Both the position numbers and the translations under genes were made by a program. Positions 7,488-14,267 of a stretch of DNA of 47,673 nt are shown here, piece by piece. Source of the DNA: Minisyncoccota bacterium. GTDB lineage: Bacteria > Patescibacteriota > Minisyncoccia > Phycocordibacterales > UBA9973. Position 1 is the stretch's first letter. Every line of letters starts with the position of its first letter. Where the stretch lies: NCBI GenBank assembly GCA_031401615.1, contig JANNRS010000054.1, positions 1-47,673 of the forward strand. Reading direction: 5' to 3'. The notes below the pieces were generated by a model. That model was given only the letters and a program-made list of their open reading frames with translations. It did no database searches and was not told the DNA's origin.

Positions 7488-7588
7488 ATTATCTCAATTA
7501 AATCTGGTAATGTTATAAACTCGCCATTATACCAACCAAACACTAGCCCTTTATCTCTCAAACTCTGTATAAATTGTTCTCTAGTCAT
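7484..7588 (-). CDS. Hypothetical small protein (34 aa)
   Basis: Hand-translated MTREQFIQSLRDKGLVFGWYNGEFITLPDLIEII; ATGA overlap with the next gene; starts 1 nt after the upstream stop. Confidence 0.3.
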   Translation of the reverse strand: MTREQFIQSLRDKGLVFGWYNGEFITLPDLIEII

Positions 7589-7589
7589 A

Positions 7590-7871
7590 TTATTTTTTTA
7601 CTAAAAACATATAATTCGCTCTCTTAAATTTTGCCCCACTATGCTTGAATTTACTCACCGCTTTTTCTGTTGCCGTTACTCTCACATTGTAGAGTCTGCC
7701 GTCTTTTGTTTTTATACCCCTCTCTAAATCGTTTTTTAGTGTGAATTTATGTTCAAACCTCGCCCGCCTCAAGTAGTCAGTTATCGCTTGCCACTCTTTT
7801 GGAGATACTATAATTTTGCCGTGTATAGAGCAGTCAAATAAATAGCCGTAGTAATAATTTATTATTCTCAT
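7590..7871 (-). CDS. Hypothetical protein (93 aa)
   Basis: Track ORF. Confidence 0.55.
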   Translation of the reverse strand: MRIINYYYGYLFDCSIHGKIIVSPKEWQAITDYLRRARFEHKFTLKNDLERGIKTKDGRLYNVRVTATEKAVSKFKHSGAKFKRANYMFLVKK

Positions 7872-7873
7872 AT

Positions 7874-8020
7874 ATTTTAATAATTTATAATACTTTCTAA
7901 TTTCAACCTTTCAAGCAACGACACTAATGCTTGAAAATGTGTGCTACCAGTCCCGATATATAGCGGGGCTTGTGGATACCACGCTGTATAAAATCCTGCC
8001 GTGTTTTTTTCTATAATCAT
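7874..8020 (-). CDS. Hypothetical small protein (48 aa)
   Basis: Hand-translated MIIEKNTAGFYTAWYPQAPLYIGTGSTHFQALVSLLERLKLESIINY; fills the gap between 8025..8594 and 7590..7871. Confidence 0.3.
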
Positions 8021-8024
8021 ATAA

Positions 8025-8594
8025 TTATTTTTCTAGCTTACTAATAATATCTAAAGTCTTCTTAACCTCTATTTTCACCCCACAATTAAACCAATTCCGC
8101 CACCCCTCTTTCTCTGTAAAAATCACATCATAAGCTAAAGCCTCCGCCCGCTTATCGTCTAAAGCTATCAGCACCGCCTCCTTGCTTGTTATGTCCTGTT
8201 TGTATAGCTTCTTATAGTAATGTATAACACTCGCTTTCTGCCACTGCATAGTCCCTATGCTTGCCTTCTCATTGCTATCAAATATGATTATGCCGTCATC
8301 TTCTTTATGTCCCGCACTCTCGCATTTCTGTATGTCGGCAACTACACCCCTTTTTAACTCCTCCACCTTTTTACCTAAAGAGTCAGTAAGTACAATTTTT
8401 TCAGCATATACAGGTTTTCCAAAAAACTCGCTTCCTATCTTAAAAGAGCCAACGGACAAACCCAAAAGAAAAGAGATAATAAAGACAACTCTAAAAATTC
8501 TAGTCATTCTCCACTTTAATACTTCCCACCAAGTAGCGTGCGGATACATCTCACACAATTTTTTACCCATATAATTTACTTTTAGTTTTTTCAT
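8025..8594 (-). CDS. Membrane-anchored lysozyme-like / transglycosylase-like protein (189 aa)
   Basis: N-terminal TM segment (VVFIISFLLGLSVGSF). IQKCESAGHKEDDGIIIFDSNEKASIGTMQWQ resembles the catalytic-Glu region of SLT-type enzymes and of 40630..41019. Confidence 0.55.
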   Translation of the reverse strand: MKKLKVNYMGKKLCEMYPHATWWEVLKWRMTRIFRVVFIISFLLGLSVGSFKIGSEFFGKPVYAEKIVLTDSLGKKVEELKRGVVADIQKCESAGHKEDDGIIIFDSNEKASIGTMQWQKASVIHYYKKLYKQDITSKEAVLIALDDKRAEALAYDVIFTEKEGWRNWFNCGVKIEVKKTLDIISKLEK

Positions 8595-8597
8595 ATA

Positions 8598-8762
8598 TTA
8601 TTGATTAAATACGGCGTGGCTAATAATCAAATAGGCATACAAGAATACATATATAAGAGATAGAGCTAAACATACTTTTATACCACTCCACAAGGCACCA
8701 ATAACTCTTTTTATTTTCTTCTCTCTTTTATATTGTTTAATGTCAAAGTATTGCATATTCAT
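8598..8762 (-). CDS. Small membrane protein (54 aa), first gene of the leftward early block
   Basis: Hand-translated MNMQYFDIKQYKREKKIKRVIGALWSGIKVCLALSLIYVFLYAYLIISHAVFNQ; lies directly upstream of the lysozyme-like gene. Confidence 0.45.
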   Translation of the reverse strand: MNMQYFDIKQYKREKKIKRVIGALWSGIKVCLALSLIYVFLYAYLIISHAVFNQ

Positions 8763-8794
8763 TTATTATTTACTCTCTAATAATGTATTAAGTA

Positions 8795-8824
8795 TATACT
8801 AACCTAATACTAAGTCAATACTAA
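8795..8824 (-). repeat. Three direct TTAGTAT(T/A) repeats with exact 11-bp phasing
   Basis: The minus strand reads TTAGTATTgacTTAGTATTaggTTAGTATA, with copies starting at 8824, 8813 and 8802. It lies between box 8836-8844 and the first early gene. Confidence 0.6.
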
Positions 8825-8835
8825 TATATACAAAC

Positions 8836-8844
8836 TGGGGATAA
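8836..8844 (-). promoter_or_regulatory. DnaA-box-like 9-mer TTATCCCCA (one mismatch), minus strand
   Basis: Plus strand reads tggggataa. It sits at about the expected start site of the leftward promoter 8851-8880. A TAGTAT hexamer lies 34 nt downstream. Confidence 0.4.
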
Positions 8845-8850
8845 CTCAAA

Positions 8851-8880
8851 ATTACAACACAGCTTGACACGACTTGTCAA
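8851..8880 (-). promoter_or_regulatory. Leftward early promoter: TTGACA - 18 nt - TGTAAT
   Basis: The minus strand reads TTGACAagtcgtgtcaagctgtgtTGTAAT. The -35 hexamer is one arm of the palindrome TTGACAcgacTTGTCAA (8864-8880). Confidence 0.5.
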
Positions 8881-8882
8881 AA

Positions 8883-9014
8883 CGTGTTCCAGCTATGTAA
8901 AAAACGGTCAAAAAAATATGTGTTATGTATAAATGATATAATGTGCTATATATGTGTAATATATAGTATAAATAATGTATAAATTAAAAGGTGAAATGGG
9001 GTAGCTGGAACACG
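8883..9014. repeat. Perfect 13-bp inverted repeat (cgtgttccagcta 8883-8895 / tagctggaacacg 9002-9014) flanking 106 bp of AT-rich DNA
   Basis: Each arm is preceded by TTGACA-N13 in its own orientation (8864-69 on plus, 9033-9028 on minus). The spacer holds GTATAAAT at 8927, 8966 and 8977, a fourth copy lies at 9021, and TGaTATAAT is at 8934-8942. Confidence 0.8.
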
Positions 9015-9186
9015 ATTGTGGTATAAATGTCAAATGGTAATGGCTAGAAATAAGGCTTATTTGACAGGGGTTTTCTGTTTTATGTTCGCGGTATGATGTG
9101 TATGTTTTGAAAAAAGTTTTTATTTTCTGCCGTTTCTATGCTTAAAAACTCCTCCACCACTTCATTTTTTTTGTAATCCCTATACT

Positions 9187-9212
9187 AAAAAAAAAAAAAA
9201 AAAAAAAAAAAA
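9187..9212. repeat. Homopolymer A26
   Basis: Counted directly: 26 consecutive A, intergenic, immediately after a CCTATAC copy (9179-9185). Confidence 0.95.
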
Positions 9213-9420
9213 TGTTTTATAAATGAAGTATACATACCTGCGAAGGTGTTTTGCCCTGCGGGGCTATGTTTCTTTTGGAGAAACTCCCCCAACCGCCCGC
9301 GAACGGCACCACCAAATGCCAAAATATGGCTTAACCACAACATATCTTGTTTATGTGTCGCACAATATACATTGTGCGACATTAAAAATATGGCTCATTG
9401 ACTATACAGAATGACAAAAC

Positions 9421-9566
9421 ACACCCCCTATACCCCCGACAAGGCACCCCCCGACCCAGTGGAAAATACCGTATAGGTACTCCCACCCAATAAACGGCAG
9501 AAATTCTGTTTCGTATCCTATACACCAGAAATTTCCATTTATATTTCAAACGGCACCCCCCTACCC
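9421..9566 (+). repeat. C-rich repeat block in the non-coding region upstream of terS
   Basis: GGCACCCCCC occurs at 9443-9452 and 9552-9561. CCTATAC occurs at 9427 and 9517, and at 9471 in reverse complement. AACGGCA occurs three times. The 11-bp inverted pair ttctgccgttt (9125-35) / aaacggcagaa (9492-9502) is also present. Confidence 0.7.
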
Positions 9567-9628
9567 CTAATTTCCTATAAGAAAATCATTTCCCACTATT
9601 AGGTATAAAAAATTTTGAAATTTCAAGG

Positions 9629-9637
9629 TTGTCCACA
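9629..9637 (+). promoter_or_regulatory. DnaA-box-like 9-mer TTGTCCACA (one mismatch), 33 nt upstream of TAGAAT 9671-9676
   Basis: Direct reading. TAGTATT follows 3 nt later, as at 16639. The 16-mer atagtattaacttaaa (9640-9655) recurs inverted at about 3746-3761. Confidence 0.45.
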
Positions 9638-9667
9638 ACATAGTATTAACTTAAAATATTTGAGGTG

Positions 9668-9676
9668 TGGTAGAAT
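9668..9676 (+). promoter_or_regulatory. Extended -10 promoter TGgTAGAAT without a -35, about 140 nt upstream of terS
   Basis: tgtggTAGAATagagaccATG; no TTGACA-like hexamer at 17 +/- 1 nt. Confidence 0.45.
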
Positions 9677-9683
9677 AGAGACC

Positions 9684-9782
9684 ATGCAACCTTCTGCTAA
9701 AATATTTGTCATACCAAATGTCCCTTGTTTTGGAGCTAACGATATTTCGGTTTTAGGTTTTTGTAGAAAGACTAGAGATTAG
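9684..9782 (+). CDS. Possible leaderless 32-codon leader ORF (MQPSAKIFVIPNVPCFGANDISVLGFCRKTRD)
   Basis: The ATG lies 8 nt after the -10 hexamer, and the stop codon lies inside the loop of hairpin 9766-9800. This could equally be a non-coding short transcript. Confidence 0.2.
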   Translation: MQPSAKIFVIPNVPCFGANDISVLGFCRKTRD

Positions 9783-9800
9783 GTTCTCTAGTTTTTCTAT
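9766..9800 (+). terminator. Hairpin + T-run directly upstream of terS (terminator/attenuator candidate)
   Basis: 8-bp perfect stem actagaga/tctctagt (9771-78 / 9785-92), extendable by gaaag/ttttc, then ttttctatttt. The terS ATG is at 9813. Confidence 0.5.
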
Positions 9801-9812
9801 TTTAAATTCTAA

Positions 9813-10406
9813 ATGGAAGAGAAAAAACCAAAAATAACAGAAGATGAATTTGAGGAGCAAGTAGCTTCTCTTGAAAATGAAATAAAAAAAATTGTTCCAA
9901 AAAAATTGGAAATTTTAAAGCGCCTCGCTTATGAAATATCTATTATTGGATTGTCTGAACAGGAGGCTTGTATGGTTGTGAATTTTGATATAGCGGAGCT
10001 TATTGCCTTGAGGCAAAAGCATGAGAAGATTGAGAGACTTTTTAAAATGAAATCTCTTGAATATAAGCGAGGATTACTTAAAACTTTATCTAAAAAAGCT
10101 AGAGAAGGAGATGAAAAACTTGCCCAGTGGCTACTTGAGGCTAAGTATGGTGAAGAATACAACCGTAGACGCGGTGGAGGTGGTAATGGAGCCGAAGGGG
10201 GTGAGGATATGCTGGGGGCGGCGGTGGATTTTATACAGAAGAGTGCGGGGGGAGGGGAGAGTGTATTGGGGAGTGGGGGGTTGGTGAAGAAGGCGAGTGG
10301 TTTTGGGTCGGGGGTGGTTGGAGATACGAGGCGGGAGGTGTTGCCGCCAGTGCATGAGGCACTCAAAGATAGGGCGGAGAAGATTGTAAGTAACTTAGTT
10401 GTATGA
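9813..10406 (+). CDS. terS: Terminase small subunit candidate (HTH N-domain, Gly-rich linker)
   Basis: Lies immediately upstream of terL and overlaps it. HTH-like GLSEQEACMVVNFDIAELIALRQ. Gly-rich segment RRRGGGGNGAEGGED...GSGGLVKKASGFGSGVVG. Confidence 0.55.
   Translation: MEEKKPKITEDEFEEQVASLENEIKKIVPKKLEILKRLAYEISIIGLSEQEACMVVNFDIAELIALRQKHEKIERLFKMKSLEYKRGLLKTLSKKAREGDEKLAQWLLEAKYGEEYNRRRGGGGNGAEGGEDMLGAAVDFIQKSAGGGESVLGSGGLVKKASGFGSGVVGDTRREVLPPVHEALKDRAEKIVSNLVV
10168..10350 (+). other. G-rich, GC-rich tract inside terS (G-quadruplex-capable; pac-site candidate)
   Basis: G runs G6-a-G4-agagtgtatt-G4-agt-G6 at 10257-10290, plus further G3-G5 runs. Strongly atypical for this AT-rich genome. 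Confidence 0.6.
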
Positions 10407-11938
10407 TAGAGGAAGATAAATTATTAAATGGGCAGGAGATTTCTTTTGAGGAGGTGAAGAAATATCTCTCGGATGCTAAGTGGCGATTAAATAATTTGTA
10501 TTTCGTGAAGGATGAGAGGGGGAGGAAGGTGCAGTTTGTATTGAATGAAACACAGGAGTTACTTTATAGCGGGCTTTGGTATTTTAATATCGTGCCGAAG
10601 GCAAGACAGTTGGGGGTGACTACTTTTTTTGCAATTTTATATTTAGACCAGATACTTTTTAGTGAGAATCAGACCGCGACTATCATCGCTCACACTGAGC
10701 GGGACATGAAGCGTATTTTTAAAAACAAGATTAAGTTCGCGTGGGACAATTTGCATCCCTGGCTTAAGGCTAAGATTGGGGAACCAGATGTGAATACGGC
10801 GAATGAGTTGAATTTTCCAAACGGCTCCGTCATTTCTGTCGCTCTCTCATCTCGTTCCGACACAGTACAGTACCTCCACATCTCAGAGTTTGGGTATATT
10901 TGCAGTAAGTACCCAGAGAAGGCGGCAGAGATTGTTGAGGGGGCAATTAACTCGGTCCACGCGGGTGGTATGGTCTCTATTGAGTCCACGGCGGAGGGTA
11001 GGGAGGGGCATTTCTATGAATTTACGATGGATGCAGATAAGAAGCGGAGGGAGGGGAGAGAATTGACCCCGCTAGATTTTAAATTATTCTTTTTCCCGTG
11101 GTATATAGACCACAGATATTCTATGGAGGCAAATTTTGCAATCTCTAGCGATTTTCAGGAATATTTTAAGAAGATTGAGGCGAAAGAGAAGGTTAAGATT
11201 ACGGATGGACAAAGGAGATGGTATATCAAGAAGAAAGAGTTACTGAGGGAGGCGATGTTTTCACAATACCCAAGTACGCTGGACGAGGCATTCTCTGTTT
11301 CAACTGAGGGGGCTTATTATTCTAATGAGATGAATCAAGTTTATTCACAGAATCGGATAAGACCTGTGCCTGTGGTGGATGATACTGTGGTGGATACTTG
11401 GTGGGACTTAGGAATGAATGATTTGAATATTATTATTTTTACTCAGACTTCTGGTCCGTCAATTCGGATAGTGGATTTATATTTTAACCGAGGATATAAA
11501 CTTGGGCATTATGTTGATTTACTGAAGAGTAAGGGATATAGGTACGGGAGACATATTCTCCCTCACGATGTTGAAGTTCGTGATATGTCTTCAGGTATAA
11601 CCAGGAAGCAAACTCTCTACGAGCTTGGGTTGAATAATGTGGTGGTGGCACCGAAATTACCTATCGCGGATGGGGTTGAGAGGGTGCGTGGCATATTTAG
11701 TCGGATGTATTTTGATGAGGACAAGACTAAAGCGCTCTATGAGGCTTTAGGAAATTATAGGAAGGAGTGGGATGCTAAACTTGGGGAATATAAGAATTTA
11801 CCGAGGCATGATAGTAATTCCCACTTTGCCGATGCAGTGCGAACTGGGGCTTGTGTGTGGCGGGAGGAGCCGATGTTTGCTGATAATTATGAGAGAGAAG
11901 CTTATGAGAAACAAACAGAACAATCATTTTTTGCCTAA
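10403..11938 (+). CDS. terL: Terminase large subunit
   Basis: Deviant Walker A KARQLGVTT (compare T4 gp17 SRQLGKT). Nuclease-domain motifs WWDLGMNDLNIIIF and HFADAVR. 511 aa; the portal gene follows. Confidence 0.9.
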   Translation: MIEEDKLLNGQEISFEEVKKYLSDAKWRLNNLYFVKDERGRKVQFVLNETQELLYSGLWYFNIVPKARQLGVTTFFAILYLDQILFSENQTATIIAHTERDMKRIFKNKIKFAWDNLHPWLKAKIGEPDVNTANELNFPNGSVISVALSSRSDTVQYLHISEFGYICSKYPEKAAEIVEGAINSVHAGGMVSIESTAEGREGHFYEFTMDADKKRREGRELTPLDFKLFFFPWYIDHRYSMEANFAISSDFQEYFKKIEAKEKVKITDGQRRWYIKKKELLREAMFSQYPSTLDEAFSVSTEGAYYSNEMNQVYSQNRIRPVPVVDDTVVDTWWDLGMNDLNIIIFTQTSGPSIRIVDLYFNRGYKLGHYVDLLKSKGYRYGRHILPHDVEVRDMSSGITRKQTLYELGLNNVVVAPKLPIADGVERVRGIFSRMYFDEDKTKALYEALGNYRKEWDAKLGEYKNLPRHDSNSHFADAVRTGACVWREEPMFADNYEREAYEKQTEQSFFA

Positions 11939-12128
11939 GAAGCCGAAACCAAATAAGACTCCTGGGGGGATTTATTTGTCTAAGACGGGGAGACCGATGT
12001 GTTTCGATTGTCACGAGGAGATGATACCAGACGGCACTGCTCTGAACTTTGTCACTTTAGAATGGGACGGACATACTTTTATTTGCGGGAAGGGTTGTAT
12101 GGGCGGGGCTAGACTTTCGGTTGGTTGA
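11904..12128 (+). CDS. Small zinc-ribbon-like protein (74 aa)
   Basis: Internal ATG of track ORF 11772..12128 (alternative ATG at 11889). CFDCHEEM...CGKGC. Overlaps the terL end by 35 nt. Confidence 0.4.
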   Translation: MRNKQNNHFLPKKPKPNKTPGGIYLSKTGRPMCFDCHEEMIPDGTALNFVTLEWDGHTFICGKGCMGGARLSVG

Positions 12129-12129
12129 C

Positions 12130-12138
12130 TTATCCCCA
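12130..12138 (+). promoter_or_regulatory. DnaA-box-like 9-mer TTATCCCCA (one mismatch), 34 nt upstream of TATAAT 12173-12178
   Basis: Direct reading; same orientation and spacing class as 9629 and 16639. Confidence 0.4.
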
Positions 12139-12170
12139 ATATGTTAATATATGTTTAATATCAAAATAGT

Positions 12171-12178
12171 TGTATAAT
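12171..12178 (+). promoter_or_regulatory. Promoter-like octamer TGTATAAT upstream of the portal gene (no -35)
   Basis: aatagtTGTATAATtt, nearly identical to aatagTGTATAATtg at 16679; 24 nt before the portal ATG. Confidence 0.45.
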
Positions 12179-12201
12179 TTAATCACCTTAATAACTAGAC
12201 T

Positions 12202-14262
12202 ATGCCACAAATTTTAACAGATAGTGAGAAGATAAATCAGGGGAATTCCCCTGAAAATCCTTTGAACAAAGATGGAGTTTTAGACAAACCTATTGATTTG
12301 TATTCTGAGACAGATAAAACATATCTTTCCTATTTACAATCAAGGCTTGAGAGTGCGAAGAAGCAGAAGGAGAGTCCTTTGCCTGAATTTAATAACAAGA
12401 CTTATTACCAAGATTTTGAGGAGAATATTAAAATTTCGCATACTAAATTACCTGAGAGAAAAAATGAAGACGATGTTATCGTTTCGGCTGGGACGGTAGA
12501 AGCAAAGTTGGAAGCGCTTTTGAGTCATGTTCATAATTTGGAACTGGCACCTGAGGTGCTTGCTTTTGATAGAGAAAACAATATGATAAACGACCTCGGT
12601 ACTGCCCTCACTGATACGATTTTTATGACTGAGCAGATTGACGGCGGTATCATTGGGGGTGATGAAGAAAAGAAGCTTTTAAGACAAAGGGAACTCCTCT
12701 GTCAGAATGCAGTGTTTGTCCAAGAAGAATGGCTCCGAAAATTTGAGCGCAAGAAGAAACTAAGCGAAAAATATGACGGACAATTTAAAGAGTGGAAAAA
12801 TTGGAATGACACTTTGGAGTTGGTTTTTGAAGGACCTTCAAGAACTTTGTTGTATGGTCCGAATGTATATCTTGGAAATATTACGGAATACTTTATGGAC
12901 AATCAGCCATATATGTTTATCGCTTTCCAAGAACATTATGATGTGGCTAAAACAAAATACGGGAAATTTGAAAACTGGAAATATGTCAGGCGTGGCGCAA
13001 TCCCAGAGGGGACGACTGAAGAACAGAAAACTATTTATGATAATAAGTGGCGATTGGAAGATGTTAAAAAAGACCATGTTGAAATAATTTTGTACCAAGA
13101 TAAACCGAATGATGAATTTCAAATATTGATAAATGGGATGGCGATGTTGCCGATGGGCTTCCCACTTTCTGCTGTTTCTCCTGGGGGTTCTTACAACATT
13201 GTGAAGCAGGTTTTTAGAGTTTTGAGCAATCATTTTGCTTACGGTAAAGCTTTCGTAGCTTCGGGTTCAGTGAAAGAAATTGCTACTCTGATTGATGAGA
13301 TGCTTAAGCTCTTCGTACTAAAAACTAGAAAGAGTGTCACTCCTGCGTATGTTAATACTTCTGGAAAAGTTATATCTAGGAAAGTATTGTCACCTGGTAG
13401 AATTTCTATGGGCTTCTCGCCTGATGCTTTGCAACCTATTGGCACCGAAGGTCAGGGGGTTACTTCCAATGAGTATAATATACTTAAGGAATTGCAAGAC
13501 AGGATTGATAAATCTACGGTCTCTAATCAGTTCCAGGGTCAGCAAGGAAAAGCGGGAACTACTGCCACAGAAGTTTTGGAATTACAGCGACAAGCAAAAC
13601 TCACTCTTGGTCTTACTATTGCAACTTGTGTGATGCTTGAGAAAAAACTTGGATACTTGCGACTTTATAATATTATTGAGAATTGGTTTAATCCTATTGA
13701 TACGAAGATTGTCACTACTAATGATGTGCGTAAGTATGTGAATAGTTATCGCAAAACTGTGCGCCAGACAAATATTGAGGGGGAGGGTCTCGGTGAAAGG
13801 CAGGTTATCCCTATGAATGAATTTGATACTGAGGGAAACCCTGAGGGTCTGCCTGACCCAGAGGTTATCAGACAGATGGAGTATTCGGAGGAGGAGAAGA
13901 AAGGTATGCCAGTCAGAATGATTTATTTGCAGCCAGAAGCTTTGAAGACTGCGAGAATCAGGTGGTATATTGTCATCAATCCGAAGGAGAAGGAAGGTTC
14001 CGCATTCTTTAAAGTACTGTTCCGCGAAGAAATTACAGATATGCTCTCACTTATGCAACTTGGCAGTGTCCCAAATATTAATGGACTTGAAGAAGAGTTC
14101 GCTCGTGTTTGGGGTAAAAGCAGAAACAAGTTATTCAGTAGTCGTCAGGCTATGCCTGATATGGGTGGTGTTTCTCCAGCCTTAGGGAAGGAGAAAGGTC
14201 GGTCCAACCAAAGCGGTATGCCGAGTTTGAATAACATGGCAGGTGCGGGTCAAGTTGGATAA
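12202..14262 (+). CDS. Portal protein (686 aa)
   Basis: Large ORF directly after terL in the canonical position, of typical size. No motif-level confirmation was possible. Confidence 0.75.
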   Translation: MPQILTDSEKINQGNSPENPLNKDGVLDKPIDLYSETDKTYLSYLQSRLESAKKQKESPLPEFNNKTYYQDFEENIKISHTKLPERKNEDDVIVSAGTVEAKLEALLSHVHNLELAPEVLAFDRENNMINDLGTALTDTIFMTEQIDGGIIGGDEEKKLLRQRELLCQNAVFVQEEWLRKFERKKKLSEKYDGQFKEWKNWNDTLELVFEGPSRTLLYGPNVYLGNITEYFMDNQPYMFIAFQEHYDVAKTKYGKFENWKYVRRGAIPEGTTEEQKTIYDNKWRLEDVKKDHVEIILYQDKPNDEFQILINGMAMLPMGFPLSAVSPGGSYNIVKQVFRVLSNHFAYGKAFVASGSVKEIATLIDEMLKLFVLKTRKSVTPAYVNTSGKVISRKVLSPGRISMGFSPDALQPIGTEGQGVTSNEYNILKELQDRIDKSTVSNQFQGQQGKAGTTATEVLELQRQAKLTLGLTIATCVMLEKKLGYLRLYNIIENWFNPIDTKIVTTNDVRKYVNSYRKTVRQTNIEGEGLGERQVIPMNEFDTEGNPEGLPDPEVIRQMEYSEEEKKGMPVRMIYLQPEALKTARIRWYIVINPKEKEGSAFFKVLFREEITDMLSLMQLGSVPNINGLEEEFARVWGKSRNKLFSSRQAMPDMGGVSPALGKEKGRSNQSGMPSLNNMAGAGQVG

Positions 14263-14267
14263 AATAA

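Noticed and set aside
8851-8858. TAATTTTG in the leftward early promoter matching the Bacteroidota -7 consensus TAnnTTTG, as a host indicator
   Set aside because: It is the only match among the promoter candidates examined. The others carry TATAAT/TAGAAT-type -10 elements, so this is probably chance and insufficient for a host call.
9005-9020. CTGGAACACGATTGTG as a sigma54-type -24/-12 promoter
   Set aside because: The GG-to-TG spacing is one nucleotide short, and the -12 element is TTGT rather than TTGC. The word is simply the right arm of the 13-bp inverted repeat.
9185-9414. Track ORFs 9185..9382 (-) and 9223..9414 (+) in the control region
   Set aside because: The minus ORF would read the A26 tract as poly-Phe and starts inside a perfect hairpin. 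The plus ORF has no plausible start context. The region is better explained as regulatory/packaging DNA.
9929-10366. 145-aa and 74-aa minus-strand ORFs opposite terS
   Set aside because: They are shadow ORFs created by the G-rich tract (Pro/Ser-rich reverse translation). They have no expression signals and are fully embedded in terS.
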